From assembly GCA_002104905.1 (NCBI GenBank), contig MCFE01000055.1, positions 1 to 64,000 on the forward strand: a stretch of DNA of 64,000 nucleotides, written 5' to 3'. The first letter of the stretch is position 1, and the number at the start of each line of letters is the position of its first letter. Of the stretch, positions 56,436 through 64,000 are shown piece by piece. A program made the translations under genes and the position numbers. The notes under the pieces were generated by a model. That model was not told where the DNA came from, searched no databases, and worked only from the letters and a program-made list of their open reading frames with translations. The stretch is from Basidiobolus meristosporus CBS 931.73. Its lineage: Eukaryota; Fungi; Basidiobolomycota.

Positions 56436-57910
56436 TTAATGGCTCAGATTATACTTTTTGTTCCATTGATAGTAGTAACTGACTACCATGAATGGCTGGC
56501 CAACAATACAGAAGGATACCCAGAACAGGATGTTGCCAGCACTGGATGTTGGAAACTTCTGACTAATCATTCCTGTAATCATCACCATGGGGATTTGGCC
56601 CAACATCCCCCAAAATGCCAGTCCCGACACGATGTGTGTAGGTATACCAATAAGTACTTCATGGAGTACAGCGGAGATAAAGAAAGTCACACACATCGCA
56701 CCAAAGGGTGAAATGCCAGCACGACGGAATGGTACATATGTGTGACGCTTGAAGAACTTATGAACTGGCTGATTCCATAGACGCCAATATTCGCCAAGGT
56801 TGGTGTTATTCCACCAAGGTAGGTAGAATGCTCGATCACCGAAATGCAAGACTTCAGCAAGGCAGTTAAGATACGCGTGGAAGAATGCGAAGAATCCAAG
56901 CAGCCAGACAAGGACAACAATGGTGGAAAGCTTCATCACTCTCTCTATAATAATCGTCAGATCCTGCTCCTCCATAGCTTTGATAGAGTTCCATAGGGTG
57001 GGCTTAGCATACTGTTCAACCAAAAAGTACATCATGAATGTAGCGCTGAGGCATTCGGTCATTCGCTTGAGGAAAAAGCGTCTCCGGAAACGAGGGGTAC
57101 GTGGGTATGATGGCTGGTAGCAGAGAGTAGGAACAAACCAAAAGTAAAACGCGTCTTTGACGGTAATGTTGTTGGGATACGAAACATCGTATGCGTCAAC
57201 AGGCTTTCCGTTGAACAGAGCATCCCTCATATCACGATTGACAAGGTAGTAGGAGATGAGCTTCATCATGAGAGCACATGCCATGAATAGAACAACAGTG
57301 CCTAAAGCCGGGTGGTAGACTTGGGTGTAGCAGATATACGAAGGCAACACAATACTACAAATTATATTAGTAATATGTAGCCCACTAATGATGTATCTAT
57401 AGGGCGCTGGGAACTTCGAGCTGGGTAGGTTTTTAGGCAGAGTATTGCTGATGATCAAAGCCAGTTTTTCTATAGAGAAGGCGACGAGGACGTTGATGGG
57501 CAATACAATGTATGCAAGAAACGCTTTAGGATAATCCTCTCCAGGAATATCATGGCCTGGAACATTGATCAGAAAGCCATACTTTTGATAGTTTTCCACA
57601 ATCAAACGAATGTTGGTGACAAATAATAGCAGCACTAGAGTGAAAATAAGGTTAGTAGCCATTCAATTCAAGCAAGCAGTTAAAATGACATACTAGCAAG
57701 ATTTAGGAAACCACGATAGTCTTCTTGTGGTGCATCCTTGGAAAGCGCGGAATGGCGTACTTGAGTGTGAGCAGGACGTGTGTGTTTGAAAGCATACTGA
57801 TCGACCTCTTGAGTGTTGTTCTTCGAATTCTTCACTTCTGCGTCCTCCACGAGCTTATCACTCGTCTCATCAGTTTTACGTTTTCGTTGTTTTAGAGTGG
57901 ACTCAGCCAT
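56436..57910 (-). CDS. DGAT1: MBOAT diacylglycerol/sterol O-acyltransferase, DGAT1/Are type, one intron
   Basis: DYRGFLNLA|MLLLFVTNIRLIVENYQKYG; PTLCYQPSYPR; FGDRAFYLPWWN; WNQPVH; FFISAVLHE (catalytic His). Confidence 0.92.
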
Positions 57911-58821
57911 AACTGGGCTACTACAGCTATTTCAAATAGGAAAAAGGTAAATGATGAAGAGACGATTGCTAGGAATTGCAGGTATTTAACCAGTGATGAC
58001 ATGTTTAGTGAGATAATTATGAACGAGACACCAATATGCATATGAGAATTCCATCAGATTCCCTAAATAGCTACAATTTTAGCCCCAATGCTACAATTAG
58101 TTATATGCCATTTGAATTTCACGTGAATTATCGCTAGAAACCCGGATTGTGACGGATAGTTAATCCGAATTCGTGGGGTCATATTGAAAGCTCACAAGTG
58201 ATCAAATGAACTGCATTCTGTACCCCAAAAATATCTGTTGCTGAGGCTGGACATGTGAAAATACCAGACACTCACGTTGGACACGATGATAGGAACTCTG
58301 AAATGTCAAATAATTCAAGGTTTTCTGTATATGAGTGGTATACCATCGAGCATATATGTATTCATTCGAGTAGGGTACGAATGTGATCAACGAATGTAGG
58401 AAGACTGAAGATTGCTCCATGGAAAAAGCTGCAGTAGTCGTTTTCAACGAATAAACATTTAGTAGATGTGTTCTCTCTTTATAGTCCCTTCCAATAATCC
58501 ATAAAGTTTTAGTGACCTGTGCAATATTCAAATGGTGGGGGATAAAATCGAATGGAGAAAAGGGTGGCAAATGCGATTCAGGATATCGAAAGTATAGAAC
58601 TACATACACTATCTGCTTTGTACACGCGGTAACGATGACCAAATAAAAGATTCATAGTATAAATGATGAAAACGAATGGTATACATTTTAAATAATATTG
58701 GGACATCTAATATAAACATATGATGGATTTGAGGTTAAAAAGCCATATACTTATCTATAGATGTGTACAGAGAAAGAGTGAAAGAAACAAAAATTGAAAC
58801 GCCGATCTTGGCCGTGCTAAG

Positions 58822-60225
58822 CTACTCCGCTTTATCTTCGCTAGCCCCTGCTGCCGCCAAGGTGCGTTTTCTCGTCAACTTGGCATAATCTGCGTTAAAT
58901 TCAAACGGTAAGAAACATCACAAGGGTATGTATCAGTATGCACGACACTTACGTAATCCACATGCATTGCACAAAGTTCTTGCACCATCGGGACCGCGTC
59001 TCCATTCGGGGGTTTCGGTGGTGTTGCAAGCATGACACCTCCTCGGTTGAGATGAGCCATTTCTAGTTCGCTTCTGGTACTTTGCCTTCGAGTTGGATAG
59101 CAAGCTTCGTTTATCTCGAATATACTTCATATCCTCATCTTCCAATTTTGAAGATTCATCCTCGGAATCTTCTCTCTCCACGTCGCCTTCAAAATCAATA
59201 CCAGTGCGAAGACTCTCTGAGCGGAGGCTCATCAATGCTTGCAAGATATCGTAAGTGTAGTTGGTCATTTGCTTAAGAAGGTGGTCTGGAGGAAGTGTTG
59301 CTGGCTGCCCATGGCGTTGAGGAACATAACCAAAGTCCATAGCAAACTGATGTAGAATCTTACTATGCTCAGCGACTTTTTCCAAGCCAGACGAAAGAGC
59401 CGATCTCTTGGGCGGCGGATATCTTGGACGAGCATTTGTACGATCCCAATATTCTGCTGAATAGGGTATGCTGTAAGCGTCTTGCCTTCTTTTGAGATCG
59501 CGATCCGCTTGAACACGGTACCCACAATACTCGTGACCGGCCCCGTATTCACTTTCTAATGGACGCTCGTATCCATTGTTAGCAACGTACGCAGATGTTG
59601 GCAACGGCGCATGACCTTCGTGTGAAAGGCGTCTTCGTGGAATATCCCATTCTGAATGCTCCGCCGACATTCGTGGTCTATAAGCTCTAGGATCTGCTTC
59701 AGAATATATGTATCTATCATGCACATCTGCTCCTTTACTTATATTCTGATGCCGAAGAAGTGCAGGAGGAACCGGCGGGAACTCCTTTTCGTGCTGGTCA
59801 AGTCCGAATTTCGAAGAACGGCTTCCAATCATGCAAGAATCGGTGGTTTCGTAACTGATTTTGGGGTCAACCTCCCTTTGGGGATTATTCTTCGGACTGA
59901 TTGATTTTCGACTGTCTTCGAAATAGGCATCAGTTTTAACTCGCTTGGGAACCGGTTCGGTATACTCTGATTGCTTATATAATTCGGTAGGGAACCGAGC
60001 CTCCTCTAGGTGGGGTCGCCCTGCATATATTGAATAGTCAGGTGGGAAAGACTCTAGCGGCTTTGCATATACATCGCGTGTGGGCTCAATATGCTGCTGT
60101 GTGTTGAAAGAAGGGAAACTGACATCTTTATTGGCTATAGGAGCCAAACATAAATGGGAAAGCGTTGGAAGCTCCGTTGGGATCCCTACTGGGAAAGCAG
60201 AACGTTGTGCCATGATATGATACAC
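58822..60225 (-). CDS. GATA zinc-finger transcription factor (C-X2-C-X18-C-X2-C; NsdD/Sub-1-like); start uncertain
   Basis: [29 protein letters not shown]|HYAKLTRKR; terminal intron near 58954-58892. Confidence 0.9.
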
Positions 60226-62812
60226 TCAAGGGCCAACTGCAGCGTGATTTATGTAAACAATATGGAAATCACCAGAGTATACTGATAACCTAGGAAATGC
60301 AAGGGAGTTATAGAAAAGGTAACGAACAATCACTTTCGAGGTGATTTCAAGAACTTCGTAAACAAATCGTGAAACTACTCAAACCGAAAGGAAGAGGTTA
60401 CAAACCAGAATTCTCAGTCCGGGGTGTAGTTTATATGTGTTAGTTGAATGATAGAAAAAAACATTTCTCATGCTAACACGATCTTTGCAATGGTCGAATA
60501 TGTCAACTGATATCCCCCAATTAAGCATACCACTGACAACAAAATAGCCAATCTCGTGGATATCGAATCATCTCTTATATTCTATTTCCATATTACGTCC
60601 ACTTTTGAACTGCATTGAGACCTAGCTAATCGGATCATCGATCTCGGTTAGATTCCTTTAACAAATTAGATCTGAGTATACCATTTCCACTGACATGCAC
60701 GATATTGCTTAGTAAACCTTCCAACTATAACCAAGTGCGAAGTGGTGTTTTGTGTGGAAACTAACGGCTGGCCAATCTAGTTTTTTGTTGTCAACTGCAC
60801 TAAACTTTATCGTCAAAATCGAACCCCCAGATCATTGTCATGCATTGGAAGCGGAATATGATTCTCCGATCCACATTCGATGAAAATCACAACCACACGT
60901 TGGACGAATGGGATGAGAAATCGCTCCTATGGAGTATCTATCATGCATATTGTGGCTCATTCCCCTATCTAGAATCAAATCTAGCTTCGCTTCCTAGTTA
61001 GTGAATCTAGATGTATCTATAAAAATTGCCGCTGAGTTCGGAGATTCCGATTTCCCGATGATTTTTATCGACCAGGGAACCTAAGTATCGGATTGTTGGA
61101 CTTATTAACAAGAGCATTGATTTGCTTTCATTAATAATTTACCCGATGTTCTACGTAGAACATTTTGCCAACGGATGCTCATCGAGCCTATCATTTTCGC
61201 ATCTCAACGTGGCATGATTCCTAGGTTGTTTAGTAGGTAAATAATTTCTGAATCGAATTGAAATGCTTCTAGAAGCATTAGTTTTGAGAACGCAAGGTCT
61301 ACCTGGGTAGACATGGATGAACCTATCTCAGCATTATACCGGATTATACCATTCACCGAGCATTACCATAATATCAGGCCTTTCAAGACAGGCACATGAA
61401 TACTCAACACAAAATATGCCTGAAATAATATAAGATAGGAGCGTGGCTGAGGGTCTATCGGTACAAAAGGGGAATAGATCTTGGCTTCCGCTTGGCATGT
61501 CAGCTGAATATATTGAGATTTACTGAGGATTTGGCCATTTTCGAGTCATTTGAGGTTTGCATATCTATTCTGTAGGAGCTTTGGCTGATTAATTACTGCA
61601 TCCATATTCTTTCATATTCTCAAGAGAACTACTCACTGGTACGAATCCAATGTTGATTGGCCAGCCTAAAAAGGGTTTTATAGATGAGGTTGGATTGAAG
61701 CTTTTGAGAGAAGTGAAGTGGTTCAGCCAACGCCAACCGGTTTAACTTACACATGGCTGCATTGGTGTGTACAACCACACGAAGTCCATTTTTACGATAA
61801 TTTGTACAATAGCTTGGCATGTCACGTCAAAGTAGTAAAGTTCAAATGGGTATGGTATTTGAGATCTGCTCTGGTTGCGTAATTACTTTGCTTAGCAATG
61901 GGATACAATTTCAACCTTAATTTTTATCGACCGATAATCTATTCTAAATTTGACGGGGTTCAGTAAGGGTAGGGGGATACAATCCCAATATAGTCAAAGT
62001 TCCAGATAAGCATTACAACATGCGGCGCTATATTCAAAGCGTGTGCGCCGTCAGGGATGCCGTGCTCTTGTTTTACATTAGTTTCTTTATTGTATGGTTG
62101 ATAAGTAGGCGAAGGCATCAATTCGCTTGTTTCCATATGAATGTCACTTTAACAATGCATATTTTATAGTTTCTTCCATAAAACAGCATGTAGCGATGGT
62201 ATGGATTTAACTTAGAATTGATATGAAATAATGTCACTACTCTTTGTTATGCGCTGTTCATCAGAGAATAAGCTAACCTACGATATGAACCTGACTCCTA
62301 TCTCTCTATAGAAGAATTTACAGTCCAAAGTGCCAATTAATGCATCTTAGCCTCCACATTCGATGGAATGTGCTTTGAATGTAACCATGATGCGTAGAAG
62401 AACTCCACTTTCCAAGTAATTTAATTTTGGTTTTGATCTTGATTCGATGTTTCGAATTGAGCTGTTGCATCACCCCAAACAGGATTGTTAAAGTTTGGAT
62501 CAATCTTTAATTGGCAGATGGCCTAATCCCTTTCCTTCGCATTAATTAAGAATTGAAGCTTATTTTCTACTTCATTGGCAAATGCCGCACGTTACTCCTA
62601 ATTTTTCATTGACGACTGGCCCACTGAATCAATAACCACAAAATCATCAATAGTGCCAAGTACAACACTCATTCCAATTTCGGGTGCGCTATAGCGTGTG
62701 CATGCAAGTTGAAAATCGTGGGCTTTCATATACCCCTCCTGGATTCCCAGCGTCTATAAAAGCCCATGAGTTCCTCCAAGCTATCACAAAATACCCAGCT
62801 TCAATATCCATC

Positions 62813-64000
62813 ATGTCTTTGAAGGTTCGCTCTCAGTTGACCATTTGCTTTCCAGTATGTTTGATCTAATGGCTCCACTTTTCAATAGAAACTTTTTGCA
62901 GCTGTTGCCATTTTGGCTGTTGGTGCCACCCAGATCAGTGCCATTTGCGAGAATTTCAAGGCCAATTGTCCTGCCGAAGCTCCCTGCTGTAAAGACGGGT
63001 GGTGTAGTAATGACCCACTCTTCTGCTCACCATCGAACTGTCGTCCGTTAGATAGTTTCTCCCCAGAAAGTTGCTACCCAAGAGCTTTGTGTGTAAATGC
63101 CCTTCATGAATTCGATAATACAAAGATTGCCGGTACAAACTTCACTGGGGATCCAGCAGTCGCTGATTGGACTTCTGATTTTACACCTTCCAACGTACGC
63201 GCTGAAAACGGACAGTTAGTTCTTTTTATGCCACTTGACAGTAAGGTGAACAGCTTCGGTAATACTCAAGGATTTGGTGCCACTGTCTCTGCAGTCAGGT
63301 AAAATGATGCATCTGTCGTACCCACTATAATGCACATTTCTCATCACTCTTATCCAGATGGTTCGATTATGGTAAGGTTTCTGCTAGAATCAAGAGTGCT
63401 TCTATCAGCAAGGGCGTTGTCTCCTCCTTCATTGTAAGATGTCAAGTCCTTCACTCATCCTCGATTCTTATTAAGTTTTATGCCACTTCGCAGGTGCGAA
63501 ACTTTGAAGGTGATGAGATTGACTTCGAGTGGGTTGGCGGATATCCTAATCGCGTCGAGTCCAACTACTATTACGGAAATGATCACGACTACTCCAACGG
63601 TGATAAACACGACGTTGGTGCAAATACTGCTGAAGATTTTCATACATACATGATTGAATGGCAACCGGACTTTATCACGTGGTCCGTCGATGACAAAGTC
63701 GTCCGTACCGTTAGCAAGGCTAACACATTGAACGCCACTACCAATGCTTACCTGTATCCTCAACGAATGGCTCGTGTCCAGTTAGGCCTCTGGGATGGTG
63801 GCCGTGGAAGCGAAGGAACCAAGGAATGGGCCGGAGGCGAAACTGATTGGTCTGACCCCAACCGCGTGTATAGCATGTATGTTGACTGGGTGAAAATTGA
63901 ATGCAAGTACGGGGGCAATGAAACTGTTGTGTGGACCACACCTACACACAGCCAAGCCACTGCTGTGACTACACTTGGTAGTGGTAATCCTCAAGCCACT
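62813..64000 (+). CDS. Secreted GH16 Crh/Utr2-type chitin transglycosylase with a Cys-rich N-terminal chitin-binding-like module; runs off the window end
   Basis: Signal peptide MSLK|KLFAAVAILAVGATQISA; CPAEAPCCKDGWCSNDPLFC; DEIDFEWVG catalytic motif; FHTYMIEWQPDFITWSVD. Confidence 0.93.

Noticed and set aside
56511-56519. GTATCCTTC on the minus strand within DGAT1
   Set aside because: It encodes the conserved W-V-S-F in an uninterrupted frame, so it is not an intron.
58202-58642. 146-aa minus ORF downstream of the GATA gene
   Set aside because: No motif and non-coding-like composition; probably UTR or intergenic.

Overview
Eukaryotic, gene-dense, intron-rich fungal DNA with introns mostly 50-110 bp. 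A U12-type intron, a RABL6 gene and an AZUL-domain E3 ligase point to an early-diverging lineage (Mucoromycota/Zoopagomycota-like); this is an inference. I reconstructed about 25 apparently intact genes by manual splicing: an AZUL/UBE3A-like E3 ligase (5' part), CWC22, CEF1/CDC5L, GPN2, SFT2, RABL6, a Ymc-type mitochondrial carrier, a hypothetical protein, PRP16, DUF1295, GUP1, ALG2, RPL39, a nuclear FKBP, NAP1, an SH3-like+TBC RabGAP, SOF1, CWC23/DNAJC17, RPS17, a NIMA kinase, a small acidic ORF, IDP1, RAD51, a TauD dioxygenase, DGAT1, an NsdD-type GATA factor and a Crh/Utr2 GH16 (truncated). Three observations stand out. (1) PRP16 carries a textbook minor-spliceosome (U12) intron. (2) Five spliceosome genes lie in one 53-kb stretch, including a head-to-head CWC22/CEF1 pair. 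(3) Four decayed copies of conserved genes (TAO3/Furry, tRNase Z, thioredoxin, SAD1/USP39) sit among intact neighbours, suggesting post-duplication fractionation. Three GC-AG introns and several microexons were also found. I recognised no tRNA, rRNA, snRNA, CRISPR array or transposon. All coordinates and gene models are hand-derived and need RNA-seq confirmation.
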